DNA of 64,000 bases from Guillardia theta CCMP2712 (lineage: Eukaryota > Protista > Cryptophyta): positions 1 to 64,000 of the forward strand of contig NW_005434573.1 of the NCBI RefSeq assembly GCF_000315625.1. Reading direction: 5' to 3'. Position numbers and translations under genes: made by a program. Shown one piece after another: positions 21,602-33,831 of this stretch; within the stretch, counting starts at the first letter, position 1, and every line of letters starts with the position of its first letter. The notes beneath the pieces were generated by a model. That model saw only the letters and a program-made list of their open reading frames with translations. It searched no databases and was not told where the DNA came from.

Positions 21602-24599
21602 ATGTCGACGATCTTCACTTCAGTCCTGCTGCTGGGATGCTTGCTGTACTGCACAAGTGACATCGGACAAGAGCACCGCATCCATATCTACAAGGCAGCA
21701 TTCCCGCTCAGGGGAGGTGTCAAGGGGTCAGCGGGAGGCAACAACTTCCTCCTCCTGCCTAGATCGGTTGCCCTCCTCCGAATGAGACAGCTGCGCGAGC
21801 AGCAGGCAGCCAACACACAGCAGGAGGAGCTGGGGGCTGGGGCAGTGCGTCTGGCAGTGAATCGGAGTGATGATGGACACAACGAGACTCTGAGCAGAGC
21901 GAAGACACCAGGGTATGTCAACGCAGAGTTGAACGAGGACGAGCTGGGAAGGGTAAGAATTCCTCCTCATGCTTGCTGCCCCTGTTTCCCCTGCTTCTCA
22001 TGCTCGTTCGTATCCTTTCTACTTCCTTATATCTCTCACTTTTCTCTCATGTCACCTTCTCCTTTCGTTCCCTTTGTTCTCTTGGAAATATTCCGCAGCT
22101 CTGGTGAATTTCATACCCGTATGATTTTTTGTTTCAAATCCAGAACTTGATATCTGAGTTTTTCTCCAAACCACTTGTGAGAGAATCCAAGAAAACGTCA
22201 CACTCCACCGTTGCCGCAATCAACAGCTCCATCGCGGTGAATTGGCTGGAAACCATGTCTAAGCACGTCAAGAGTGCATGGATAATGGAACGAAGCTTCC
22301 TTGCTCTGAAGAACATCTTCCAGAATCAGAACAACGTGGACACGTTTGTTGAGAATGGTCTGATGGACCTGATAGACAGAGTTTTGAGCTCTCACGCTGA
22401 CAGGCCCGAGGTCATTGCAGTTGGTCTCGACACGCTGAGAATCATCTTCGAGAACAGCCCACCCTCAAGAAGAACCTTCCTTGGATCCATGGGCCTTGGA
22501 GCTGTTTTTAGAGCGACTTCCAAGGATACCGAGGAGACGAGACTGATCCCACGTGTCCTCGACGTGTTGCTGCTGCTAAAAGATGATCTGCAGTTCACAG
22601 CCACAAGTGACATTCAGAAATTCTCCAGGGCCTTTGAAGGAATCCTGAGTAGCAGCAGACATGATAGAGAGACGTTGAATTGCGCAGCAAGACTTCTGTA
22701 CGAAATCCACATGCTTCATGACGACGTGTTCTTTGACTTTCATGACGAGACCTCGTCTATCATCGTCGAGCTGTACCGCAGCTCAAAGACAGAAGAAGAG
22801 AGATTCCAGCACGTTGTGCTGATGTCTGCAGTGTTGAACGCCTCGACATCCTCGGTTGTCACTTGCGAAGTGCACGAACTTTTGCAGGAAATCGCTGAAG
22901 CAGGAGGGCAGCAAGGGGCCCTTGCAAGGTGCTGCCTATCCATGACATGCGTCAAGGAGTACTTGGGAGGCCAGCGAGAAGTGTTGGAAGAGAAGAAGTT
23001 TGGAGGTGATGTCTCAACGCAGTACAAGTCTCAATTTGATGATTGCATACAGGCATGAACAGTCTCGACCTCCTTGCTCGCCTAACCATGGAAGGGGAGG
23101 AGGCAGAGGGCGATGGGGATGGAGGGGAGGAAGGGGAGGAAGGTGAAGGGGAGCAAGAGGAGCAGAAAGATGGGGAGGAAGGAGACAAATTTGAGCTAGG
23201 CGAATCGCAAACTTTGTCGGTGAAGGAGACAGAGACGGACCAGCTGAGCTGCGAGGACAAGGCGGACGAGGCAGTAGGGAGCAATCATGAACTCTTCGAC
23301 ATGCCCAGCAGGGACTCGGACTCCGAAGACGGCAGCAGCGGGCTCTTTCAGGGGAACAACGACGGGCAGGAGGAGTTTGGCAGGGAGCCTCTAGCCTTGC
23401 AGGAAGACGGACAGTGGACTGGAGGCGAGGGAAGGGAGGGAGGAGGACGGAGCGAGTGGATTGAAGTACAGTTGGACGATCTGTTCCAGAGCCCCCAGGA
23501 TTTCTCCTACGCACACTGCAGCTATGACTTCGTCGATCATCCGCACTTGCACGAGATGGGGAGGGAGGAGATGCTGAACTTCGAGGGAGGAGGAGGAGCA
23601 GGAGGAGCAGGAGGAGGAGCAGGAGGAGCAGGAGGAGGAGCAGGAGAAGAGATTCCGCTAATGACAGGAGCTGTATTCCAGTCACGGCCAGGTCAATCTA
23701 CTGATGCCCAGGAGGCAATCTCTTCTCCTCGTCGTTCTGGTGGAAAAAGATCGAAGCCAGCGGCTGAGTTGTCGGGGGATCAACTGCTGAAGAGACCAGA
23801 CTTTGCTGCCTGCCTCGAGAAGCTGATCCGCAAGTTCCAGCTGAAGAACCTACGGCTGGAGTCACAGCGGAAGGGGAGGAGGGGGAAGCAGATGCAAGAG
23901 ACGGACAAGGCGAAGAAACTGAGGATCCTCCGGCAGGTCACAGACTTCCTCTTCCGCATCGAGAGGGCCCACTGGGAGTATCTCGACCAGCATCGCAAGG
24001 ACAACCCAAGGCTGCCCTCCCTGCGCTTCGCCTCCTTTGCTAAGCACGTCTTCCTGCGCATCCCCATGCTCGCACCTCTCTCCAAGATGGAGGACATCGG
24101 CACGCTCCTCAAGCACTTCAGCCGCGTCAAGGCTGGCACGCGCTCCTGCGGTGCTATCATCCTGAACCCTTCCTGCGACAAGTGCGTCCTGGTGCGGGGG
24201 TTCAAGTCGTCAGCCTTCGGGTGGCCCAAGGGGAAGGTCGAGCACTGGGAGAGTGACGCTACGTGTGCCATCAGGGAGGTACAGGAGGAGGTTGGACTTG
24301 ACATCTCCTCCCTCCTCAACGAGACCGACTCCATCTCCCTCAAGCTGCAGCACAAGGACACCAACGGCATCACTACCAGGAGCGTCCTCCGCCTCTTCAT
24401 CATCCGCCCTGTGTCGGAAGACACGCCTCTGTGCTGCACTACCAAGAACGAGATCTCGGAGATCCGATGGTTTGATGTCAACCAGCTCCCGTCCGGCTCC
24501 TCTCTCGTAGGAAGGAAGGCCGACAACAGCTTCTGGCTCGTCCCTCCTGTTGTGAAGTCCCTTCGGCACTGGCTCAGGGTCAAGGCCCCGCGCGGCTGA
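21602..24599 (+). CDS. DCP2: Dcp2-type mRNA decapping Nudix hydrolase with signal peptide, LRGG-containing leader and helical (ARM-like) N-terminal region (~919 aa; exons 21602-21952, 22144-23005, 23053-24599)
   Basis: Box A-like FLFRIERAHWEYLD..NPRLPSLRFASFA; CGAIILN..KCVLVRGF; Nudix box GKVEHWESDATCAIREVQEEVG; EISEIRWF. Both introns are GT-AG and phase-compatible (0 and 1). Confidence 0.85.
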
Positions 24600-24779
24600 C
24601 CGTGACCTGGAGGACCGAGGGTCGGCAAGGCAGCGGCCGCAGGCACCGATGAGAAGCTAGAGAGATCTCGCAGGAGGAGGAGGCTCGGAGGAGCCTGAGG
24701 AGCCTCGGACGTCGAATGGTACGGTCGAGGGCAGTGGGAAAGGTCGGAGTTCGAGGCTTTGGGAAATGACGATCTGCCG

Positions 24780-24995
24780 GGCGGCCGCCGGGCTTCGGCA
24801 GGCCGGCCCGGTAGGTGACGGTGCGGCACCATCATTCATGCGTGCATGTATCATAGTACCTCATGAGACACACGGGCCGAATTTGCGGGAGTCCGACCCG
24901 AGCCCGTCAGGCCACTCGGAGCCATTCGGTCACTATAGCGCAATGCTGGCTGAGTGCAGTGCCCCAGGCCGTACCGTACGGTCTCTAAACTTGAA
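24780..24995. repeat. GC-rich palindromic mosaic tract
   Basis: GGCCGCCGG, CCGTACCGTACGG and AAACTTGAAACTT words. Confidence 0.5.
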
Positions 24996-25455
24996 ACTTT
25001 CCGTTTTATTGACTGGAAAAGGAAAGGCAAACCGAAAAACTAACTGAGGCTAAAAAGTTTTCAAAACACCCAAAAACATTGACTAGAGTGTGATGAGCCG
25101 TTAGAGTTGTCAAGTCCCTTTTGATGACCCTTGAGAATGGAGGGGAAGGAGGAGGAGAAGGAGGAGAAGGAGGAGAGAGGGGAGGGAGAGAAAGAACAAT
25201 AAGGAGTCGTGTAGTCTTAAAGCAAAGATCGGGAGACATCAGGAAAAGGGAAGGAAGAGCTCACGACAAGGTGCAGCCAGGCGGTCGAAACTATCAAGAC
25301 GGAGGATGGAGAGATGTGAAACATGATAACTGATGACTAGAGAGAAAGGACGATAGTTATGGAGTGAGGAGAGAGGGGAGGGGTGAAGATGTTAGGAGCA
25401 GTGCTATGTGATATGATGCGAGCACAACCACAAATTACATAAAGTTCAACCTGTC

Positions 25456-26028
25456 ATGCTGCCAGGGCACCTCAGAGGCAAGGTGTCACCTTGTAGCTCA
25501 AGCTCCAGCTGCTCCGGCTCGTTTCTTTCCCCTGATCATTATCTTGTGAAGGTACCGGCAGGCTGTGAGATGAACCTGCCATTCAACGGAGGGAGCGAGT
25601 GGCCGGACGTTTTCGACTTCTTCAAACGGGGGGATGACAGCGAGGGAGAGGGGACGCTCACTCTAGGAAGGAGGCAGCAGAAGGAGGCTAAGACAAGAGA
25701 TGGGACAGAGGATCCCCGAAGAAAGGATCCTCTCAGAAAGAGCTCATTTCAAGGGGACACGCACGAACTCAAGGAGATGCTTGCGAGCTGCAAGCCTTCT
25801 CAGATCGAGGTGGTTGCTGCGAAATCGCATGCAGAGGTGATGGAGAAGGCAAGGATGGCTGCCCAGAAGATCATTGGAGCAGCGCATGATCGCAGATATT
25901 TCGTCCTGGACAAGAAGGTCGAGGCAGAAATTGTTATCAAACAGGTGCTGGCAGAAGCAGAAGCAGAAAACAAGCCCAAGGACATTGTCCTCGGCAAACT
26001 GCGCATGAAGGAAATATCGCGAGTGTGA
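25456..26028 (+). CDS. Hypothetical protein
   Basis: 190-aa ORF with coding-like composition; probable in-frame intron near 25483-25551. Confidence 0.5.
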   Translation: MLPGHLRGKVSPCSSSSSCSGSFLSPDHYLVKVPAGCEMNLPFNGGSEWPDVFDFFKRGDDSEGEGTLTLGRRQQKEAKTRDGTEDPRRKDPLRKSSFQGDTHELKEMLASCKPSQIEVVAAKSHAEVMEKARMAAQKIIGAAHDRRYFVLDKKVEAEIVIKQVLAEAEAENKPKDIVLGKLRMKEISRV

Positions 26029-26039
26029 TGTGGTGCAGC

Positions 26040-27290
26040 TCATTGCATGCTTTCATCATCGTAGGATTGTTCGTACATTGCAGGCTTCACTGTCTTCATC
26101 TTGTGCACCATTCGCTGTCTTTTGATCTTCTTCAACATGTCTTCGACCTGACAACCGTCACAGGAACCCTCACGACCGCAGCTGCTCCTCACCTTCATGA
26201 TCTGTCTCTGAATCATTATCCTCTTGTTCGCACATTTCTTCATGATCGCTGGAAGGACAAGATTCAGCAAGCGCTCGATCCCATCCACGATGCTCGTCCT
26301 TACCGTGATGACGATTTGTCTTCTCCAACAACCCAGCAGCGTTGGAGTATTCGTGCAGACGGGTCTCGAGCTCTCTCCTGATCAGCTTCAGTCGAGCTTC
26401 TGCCTCCTCCGGCGTTGAGACATTGCCGAGCTCCTGTACAATCGTCTTCCTGGAGACAGTCACGTTGTTTGACCCTTGCTTCCTGTCTCCTTCTTGATCA
26501 GAGTCTGACCCTCCAGGAGAGTCGTAGTCCTCCACCAGAGCCTTGGAGTCCTGCATCCTTCCAAAGTCCTCCATGGATACCACGCTGCTCCTCCGCCTTC
26601 GCTTGATGACCTTGCGGCGGAAAGTCTCGTCGAACTCAACCCCGAAATCTATCTTTGGAGCCGAAGGGCGGCCGAACGCGAGCCTGACCTCGAAGGCGTC
26701 GAGCTTCTCATGGAAGTAGAGCATTGTCTGCTCCAGATCATCCTTGTCCTGGTTGACTGAGTGGCTCCACTTCAAGGAGCGGAAGCGTTGGGCAGACACG
26801 ATTCTCGTGACCTCGGACTTTGCCGTCATGAGCTTTGTCCTGATCTTGGATTCGATGTCGTCTGTCTTTCTGTCTATCTCCAGCGCCTTTGCCTTCGCAG
26901 CCTCCACCATCTTCTCTGCTGCAATGACAGCCTCCATCCTCCTCGTCCAGTAATAGTCCAGCTGCTTCGACGTGGATTTCCCGGGAGCCAAACCTCCCCC
27001 GCCATCCTCGTTGGGTTCTGCTTGTGACTCGTCATCGGGCCCATCTCCCCCCGAGTCAGGACCGGTCACGAGGTTCAGCAGGCTCAGCTGAGAGAGAGGA
27101 TTCAAAAAATCAGGAAGCTCAAGAAATTTCGCCTCCCCTTCCTCCTCATCCTCCTCCGCCTCCTCCCTTGCACCGCCGCGCCATAGCGACATTTGACAAT
27201 GGAACGTTACGCCCGACCGTTGAAACAGGGTACCGAGGCGGGCTTGCAGAGCGTCAGTGAGTTCGGCCCCCGTTCTGAGGAAATGCGAGG
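26040..27290 (-). CDS. Hypothetical coiled-coil protein (5' exons uncertain)
   Basis: Long charged ORF 26170-27486, whose CCCT-repeat part is intronic, plus terminal exon 26040-26288. Confidence 0.6.
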
Positions 27291-27719
27291 AAAGGTGAGG
27301 AAATGCGGCGAAAGAGGGTGAGGGAGGGAGGGAGGGAGGGAGGGAGGGAGGGAGGGAGGGAGGGAGGGAGGGAGGGAGGGAGGGAGAAGTAGTGGAGAAG
27401 GGAAGAGAGGGAGAGTGAAGGAGTAGATGAGGCGAGAGAAGAAGAAAGTAGAGAAGGAATGAAGGAGTTGACAAAGAGGTAGACAAGCATGGACACAGGT
27501 AGGCAGGTCCTAGGACGGCAGTGCGAGCTAGAAAGGATGAGTGGTTTGCAGGAGATGAGAATTGAGATGAAGAGAAGTGATTTTAGGCAGAGATTCAGTC
27601 ATCTGAAGACATTGAAGCATGAAGGACACAAGATCGAAGGTCAAGCGGGAGTGAACATGATGGGAAACATATTGAACAGAATCAATCTGGATGTGGGTTC
27701 TGGGCTGTGCAGTGGAGTG

Positions 27720-29965
27720 TAGAGACAGGAGAAATAGACAAATTATCCATAGGATACCACACCATGCATATTTGCTGCCTTCATATTGACATCTTGTCTC
27801 CAGACGTTGTTGGGCATTGCTGTGCTATCAGTTGCGACTGGCCTCAACAATGCCTGCCTCAATCACCTAAGCGAGAACCCGGTGACGTACAAGACCTGCT
27901 TCTTAGCACCTGGATACTGCAGCCCAGGTTTGTTTTCCTCTTCTGCTTTCGTCATCTGATTTGAGATCAGGAGCCGACAGGTTGTTTTGTGAAACCCGCC
28001 ATTCATATTTGCGGTATTTGATTGGTTGCAAACACCCAGATCATGTTCCATGGCCAACTCGTTGCGCCGTCGTTCTGTCTGTGCGCGAAGGTCTCTGTCG
28101 AAGATAAAGATGAATAGCAACGATGTTGGCCAGAAGAGTTCCAAGAGAACAGTGATTTGATGCACGACATGCCCAATGGCTAAAGCTTTCGATCAGGAGA
28201 GTTTGCTCTCGCCGGAACAAGGAGCGATGATTTTGAAGCAGTTTGCAGATGATGTAAGATGGATTCGAGTGCTGTGAAGGCTCCTGATCTTGCTGGTGTA
28301 AAGCTAAACAGAAAAGACGATGAAATATCTGCTGAGCCAACCTCGAAGAAATCTGAAAAGCAAGCAGGAAGCAAGACAAAGAAAAAGGCGAGGACCTGCC
28401 TTGTGCTTAAAATTGCATTCTTACCTCCATGTAAGGCTTCATCAGTTGCGCCGGATGCTTCTTCGGTAGCGTTGGTATGGGCAGGAGCCGTGCCAGTGAA
28501 CAGCTCTTTCTAGATTGGGACCGCAGAGCTGTTGGAGTTTTCAAGGAACGGGCACCTTTTCCTCCCAGACATGTTGAGCATTGCAGGCATCTTATGCTGA
28601 CTACATGTTCAAGACTTGATTGACCAGAGTCGCCAGGAGTGTCGGCGACTGATCTCTATGATACCCTGGAGGATGCGTTCTACGACAAGAGGCTAGAGGT
28701 GAAAGAGCAGTGAGGCATCGCTTATCGTCAGCAGCTCTTGATACTGTCTGCCAGGCGTTTGTGCAGAAGCTGAGGGTCTTTGGGGTTGACGAGAAGACAA
28801 TCAAAAAGATCAACGATCCGGATGAGGTAGTGATGTTACTTCACATGTGATGTTACATCACATGTGATGTTGAGGTTAAATGTGACAGGCATACGGGCTC
28901 TTGCAAGACCTCTGCGAAGATGAAGGTTTCGAAATTCCCTTCTGGCAGCTTTTCAATCCCCACCGAGTGTGCCAGCTGACTTGAGGGAGATGCTGTGGAA
29001 TAACCAAGTCTTAGGATGACAGACCATACGCTTCCCTGCTGAATAAGATCTGCCTCAACAAGGTTGCTCTACCATAGCAATCGTTTGCTTGCTCTGACAC
29101 GTCTGCCATCTAGGGGATCGGCAAGCTCGCTGCTGATCTTCTTGGAGTGGACTCCGTCATGTTGTACCAGGCAAAGCAGCCTCTTCCTCATGTCTGTATC
29201 GTGTGAATGTTCTTTGGCAGACGTGCGCGTTCATAAAGGAGCCAGGACACGGCGAGACTGCCTGGCACAGGTGAGCCATAGCTGAGCAGTCAATCGTTGA
29301 CATGGCTGTCAAAGTGATCTCAACACGTCACCTTTCGACACAAACGACATGCTCACCTTCTGGTTGAGTTCCCCTCCGACCTCTTGACACAGTTGACACC
29401 CATTGCAGGATTTCTGTCACGCCCGTCAAGGACCTCGACGACTCTCCCTTAGAGTTTGCCTCCGGTAGTTGCATTGCAACGGCCTCAACGTCTTGACTCG
29501 GGGTCAACAGGCTCCCACAGGGACTTTGCGCTGCCTTACTGGTACTCCAACGAAGGCATGATGAACCTTGAGGACAGGGACTATCCTGTTGCCTCCCACG
29601 CTCCTCTGGCTCCTGGTCCGTCCCTCTTGTCTCGGATATCAACTTGTCCTGAAAGTCAGACTGCAGGGGATGCGACGGCTCATCATGGCTGGGTGAACGA
29701 ATCATGGAGGGATGACCGTGTTGTGTTTGGTGAACAACCTACCTTCAGGTACTCCATGCCGCTCCTCCAAACCTCTCCGAGGACACAAGGATCGCCTTCA
29801 CCATCGCATACGTCAAGACAGGTAAAGCGCAGCCCCGCAGCAACGACACAGATGTTAAGACATTGCAGGTGCCAAGAGGATTCCAAAGAAGGGGCTGAGG
29901 AGAAATCCCGACGACGAGGATTTGGAGGTCCATCCTCCTCCTCCTACTGTCTCTTAGCCAGCTGA
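27720..29965 (+). CDS. Hypothetical multi-exon gene
   Basis: Spliceable segments such as MDSSAVKAPDLAG.., LDTVCQAFVQKLRVLGVDEKTIKKINDPDE|AYGLLQDLCEDEGFEIPFWQLFNPHR; ends approximate. Confidence 0.45.
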
Positions 29966-30246
29966 TGCGTCTCAGGGGTACTCCGCGTGGATAAAAGATG
30001 TAGCGCCAGGTTGTCAACATTTCGTTCCCCCGATTGCGTGTAACATTTCGTAGGCCGCCCAATCAAGCATGCGATGCTCCCGGTGGTTTTCAGTAGGAAA
30101 GAATGAATCGCATAGGAACGGGCGATCCGCAATGGCAGGATTCTTCATAACATACCTTATGTTTGTTGTCTCTTGTCTGTGTGTGTTCAAAACACGTTTA
30201 CACGTGAGACCGTCTCAGTGTTGTTAAATGAAAAACAAACTTTACT

Positions 30247-30513
30247 GTGGTCAAATCTGATCGCTTGCGAGAAGACTTCTTTTCTCTGATCATCACATTC
30301 TTTCTCGAGCATCATAGAAGCATGTTACTCAATCCAGACACATTGAAGAAGGCATACTCTAGTGAGACGGCTCTCGAAATCCTGAGAGAAAACAACATTC
30401 AGGTGCTATCCTTATCAGAGATAGACCCCGATATGGAATACAAAATAGAAGAGATTAAGAAGAAGTATGCTGAGAGATATTCTGGCTATGATATCGTGTT
30501 TATAAAACAATAA
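30247..30513 (+). CDS. AT-rich intronless ORF fragment of unknown origin
   Basis: 88-aa I/K/E/Y-rich ORF with A/T-ending codons, unlike neighbouring genes. Confidence 0.35.
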   Translation: MVKSDRLREDFFSLIITFFLEHHRSMLLNPDTLKKAYSSETALEILRENNIQVLSLSEIDPDMEYKIEEIKKKYAERYSGYDIVFIKQ

Positions 30514-31341
30514 TCAATCCAAACACTTAAATTTAAGCGACTCTTGAAAGATCTTATCCTTCTCCTCCTCAGACATTGTCTGCCAATTTGGACCAAACAT
30601 TAGCCTATTCTGCATATCAACAGATATCTTTCCATTATTCCCACTGCTCGTTGATTGCTCAGATCTTGCTTGTTCCCGATCCATTGTTGAAATTCCCAGA
30701 TGACGTTGATAAGAGATTGGTACAGATGTTCAAGCTTGTTTACTTCAAGCAATCCAGTCTCACAGACACCGTACACCTCGTTCTCCTTTCCCTGTCCTAC
30801 GTGTGAGCGGCCCGTCTTCCTCTTCGTCGGTCCCTTAAAGAGGGACTGCCTGGTCCTAGGAACTACCACTACCGGTACTCTACGCTTCGTATCTGCGATA
30901 TGATCCTCCGACCGGTCCGAGTCCTAGTCTCATAGCAAGAAGGCTTCCTGAGAAAGAGTCATAGGCTTGACATGACTAGGTCTTCGATTCCCATCCAACG
31001 CTCTCTGTGAAGTTGATATAGCTGCTCCCTTGACCTTGACAGGTCCTGTGTGTCCCTAGGATATGCTGGGAGATGGCTGGTCATAATCAACCTCGCCTCA
31101 GAGCACTGGCATCCGTTATTTCAAGGCGCCATGCTCAGCGTCGGCGGCTTCAAGTTGGATCCCCTGTGGATCAGCAGGGGGGGAGGGGAGGGGAGCGGAA
31201 GGGCGGAAGAGGAGGGGAAAGGCAGGGCGGGAGATACGCACATAGAAACAAAGGCGCGTCTGTTGTGCTATGGGCTGGACGGGAAGGTAAGCGGAGGCGT
31301 GTGGGGCAGTGCAGGGGCTGAGCAGTTTGCAGCTGATCACC

Positions 31342-32088
31342 ATGAGCGACTTTGATCACTTCGATCGGCATAATCCCATCTCAGACTCAATGTACAAGGA
31401 GATGGAACAAGTTTGCACGTGGTACCTGCTCAACGGAGACGAAGTGCAGTGGAGAAGGTTGGAGGGCAGGCGCAAGTCGATTGAAGAGGACATCGCTAGA
31501 TTGAAGAAGGAAGCTCCTTCGGCAGAGGTGGTTCGGTTGCTGAAGGAGAAGGTGAGGCAGCTGAAGATGCTGTGCGAGGAAGAAGAGTATTGCAAGGACG
31601 GGTTTGTCAAAGTGGGAGTGGAGATTTCTTTGAATGGCAGAGAGGTGAAGAAGGATCCGGCAGAAGCGCTGGAGGCAGACGCATCAGTGTCCATTCCAGC
31701 TGTCATCCGAGCTCGCCCTCGACGAATAGGTCTGGGAGATGGAGTCTTGATCAACGTCCTATGCTACAGCAACACGGAGAGATCATTGCTGGACCGCTTC
31801 AGCGCGTTCCTTCCGTTGGGTACAGAGCCAGGGGATAACGGACAAAACACCATGACGGTCGGAGACATGATCAAGATTTTTGGCAACATTTTGATGCAGA
31901 GGGGGCTGAACCGGGAGTCCATGACCAGTCAGTCCCGCCTGTACCACTACAAACGAACTTTGGATCAGGCGATGCTGGCTAAAGACATCTTCGTCTTCAG
32001 ATCTACTGGAGATATTCTGAGCGCGGAGGAGATAGAGCTTTACTTGTTCGAGGGGAAGGAGAGGGAGGGGGGGGAGGAGGAGGAATGA
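31342..32088 (+). CDS. Hypothetical protein (~248 aa)
   Basis: Uninterrupted ORF with host-like codon usage and a coiled-coil segment. Confidence 0.65.
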   Translation: MSDFDHFDRHNPISDSMYKEMEQVCTWYLLNGDEVQWRRLEGRRKSIEEDIARLKKEAPSAEVVRLLKEKVRQLKMLCEEEEYCKDGFVKVGVEISLNGREVKKDPAEALEADASVSIPAVIRARPRRIGLGDGVLINVLCYSNTERSLLDRFSAFLPLGTEPGDNGQNTMTVGDMIKIFGNILMQRGLNRESMTSQSRLYHYKRTLDQAMLAKDIFVFRSTGDILSAEEIELYLFEGKEREGGEEEE

Positions 32089-32409
32089 TCGGGAGCGGAT
32101 TCTTTCCATGCCGCATCCAGATTTTAATCAGCCTGTTATCATCACGAACACAGCTTCTCTGCCAACTTAGTAATCCTTTCAGCCTGATATGGATCGCATC
32201 GATAGGTCGGTGCTCAATTTTCCTTCACTTGTGCTTCGAGTGACGAATCAGTGAATCTACTTTTAATCCTAAAGGAAAAGCTTTTAAACAATGGGATTTG
32301 CATCAATCACAAACTGTGAAGGCACTTGAAAAATGAAATTGAATGAATCAATGATAAAAAACTTGTGAGTAATGAATTGCAGCCTTTCAGTGGACTTCCC
32401 CGCACGTCC

Positions 32410-33831
32410 TCAGATCCGTCGTACCTGAACGCTCCCCTCCACAGGTTTGAGCGTAAGGAAATATTCTGGCCGAGGCCTCTTGCCAAGCACGAACTCGTAC
32501 CGCAGAATGAGCTGATGAAGGATTTTCCTGATCTGCATGGAAGCTAGCCGCTGCCCAACACAGTTCCTAGAGCCCACGGAGAAGGGAAACACCGCCTCCT
32601 CCAGCTTCTTCCTTTGCGACCCTTCCTCGCTCCACCTCTCGGGGATGAACTCGTCTGCTCGGTCGATCCATGCAGACCTGAAAATCGCGAAGAACGGCAC
32701 TAGGCACGTCTCCCCCCTTGGAATGATCTTACCATCCTCAAGCTCTACATCGTGCTGGAGTTGGCGGATTGACCCCTGTGCTGCCACAGGCCATAAACGC
32801 ATTCCCTCCTGGATGACGTAGCCGAGGTACTTGGAGTCGGGCCCGTGGAGCTCCAGATCTTTGCGGAGTTTACTCTGGACGTCAAGGTTTGCGCTGAGCT
32901 CGTAGAGGATCCAGGAGAGAGTGTACGCTGACGTGTCATGCCCGGCGACCATGAAGGTGACAATGTCGGCGCAGATTGCCCTATCGTCGGGGTATTGGTT
33001 TCGATTCAGGAAGCTGATGAGCGAGGAGTCGTCGTCCGATTGCCGGGAGCGGTAGAAATCGAGCACACGCTGCGCCTGCTTCATGAGCTCCTTGGACGCG
33101 CTTCTTGCACGCGCCACAGCAGGCAGGAAGAGCATCCACGAGCGGAACGGGATGATAGGCTGCTTGAGAGCATATTCCTTGAGGCAGATCTCGATGTTCT
33201 GCAGGAACTGCATACCCTCCGACTCATCGCCCATCGTCATAGTGTTCATCTGGAAGCCCTTGAACGCTGCGTCTGCAATCAGATCGATGAAGAATCGCAG
33301 CATGAGAACGTCGGCGGCGAAAGAAGCCCCGCTCCTGCTATGTTCATCCAGCACGGTAAACAGCTTCTCCACGTGTGAGTTCACCTTGTCCATCGTCTTG
33401 CTGATGTTTAGGGAGGAGAACGCTCCAGCGCACCCTTTCCTCGTCCACTTCCACCCATCCCTGGGGCCCTCCCCGTCACTGCTCTTGGTCAGGATGGTCG
33501 GCTCCCCATCAGTCAACCTCTGAAGGAACTTGTAGGACTGCGCCTTCTCCAAGTCGTGCTCCAGGATCTCCCTAGCCGCCTTGTACTCGGTCACGACCAC
33601 CACCTTGCGGGCCAGGGGCAGCCAGATGTCGAAGACGCTCCCGTACCGCAGCGCCACCTCATGGACCCAGATGGGAGCACAGCTGCTGACAAGGCGGATC
33701 AAAGCGCTGAAATACTCCTTGTGCACTCCGGGCCGGGGGAGGAGGGAGACGGTTATCTGGTAGGCAGTGCGCACGGACAGGCAGACGGCTAAGGTACCAA
33801 CGACCGTGTTGGTGAGCTGGGAGTGAAACAT
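32410..33831 (-). CDS. Cytochrome P450 (473 aa, intronless)
   Basis: AGHDT (I-helix), EGMR (ExxR), PERW, FSVGSRNCVG heme-binding motif, N-terminal hydrophobic anchor. Confidence 0.97.
   Translation of the reverse strand: MFHSQLTNTVVGTLAVCLSVRTAYQITVSLLPRPGVHKEYFSALIRLVSSCAPIWVHEVALRYGSVFDIWLPLARKVVVVTEYKAAREILEHDLEKAQSYKFLQRLTDGEPTILTKSSDGEGPRDGWKWTRKGCAGAFSSLNISKTMDKVNSHVEKLFTVLDEHSRSGASFAADVLMLRFFIDLIADAAFKGFQMNTMTMGDESEGMQFLQNIEICLKEYALKQPIIPFRSWMLFLPAVARARSASKELMKQAQRVLDFYRSRQSDDDSSLISFLNRNQYPDDRAICADIVTFMVAGHDTSAYTLSWILYELSANLDVQSKLRKDLELHGPDSKYLGYVIQEGMRLWPVAAQGSIRQLQHDVELEDGKIIPRGETCLVPFFAIFRSAWIDRADEFIPERWSEEGSQRKKLEEAVFPFSVGSRNCVGQRLASMQIRKILHQLILRYEFVLGKRPRPEYFLTLKPVEGSVQVRRI

Noticed and set aside
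23780-24835. 351-aa antisense ORF (and similar antisense ORFs over P450, ABCG, IDH)
   Set aside because: Shadow ORFs of GC3-rich genes on the opposite strand.
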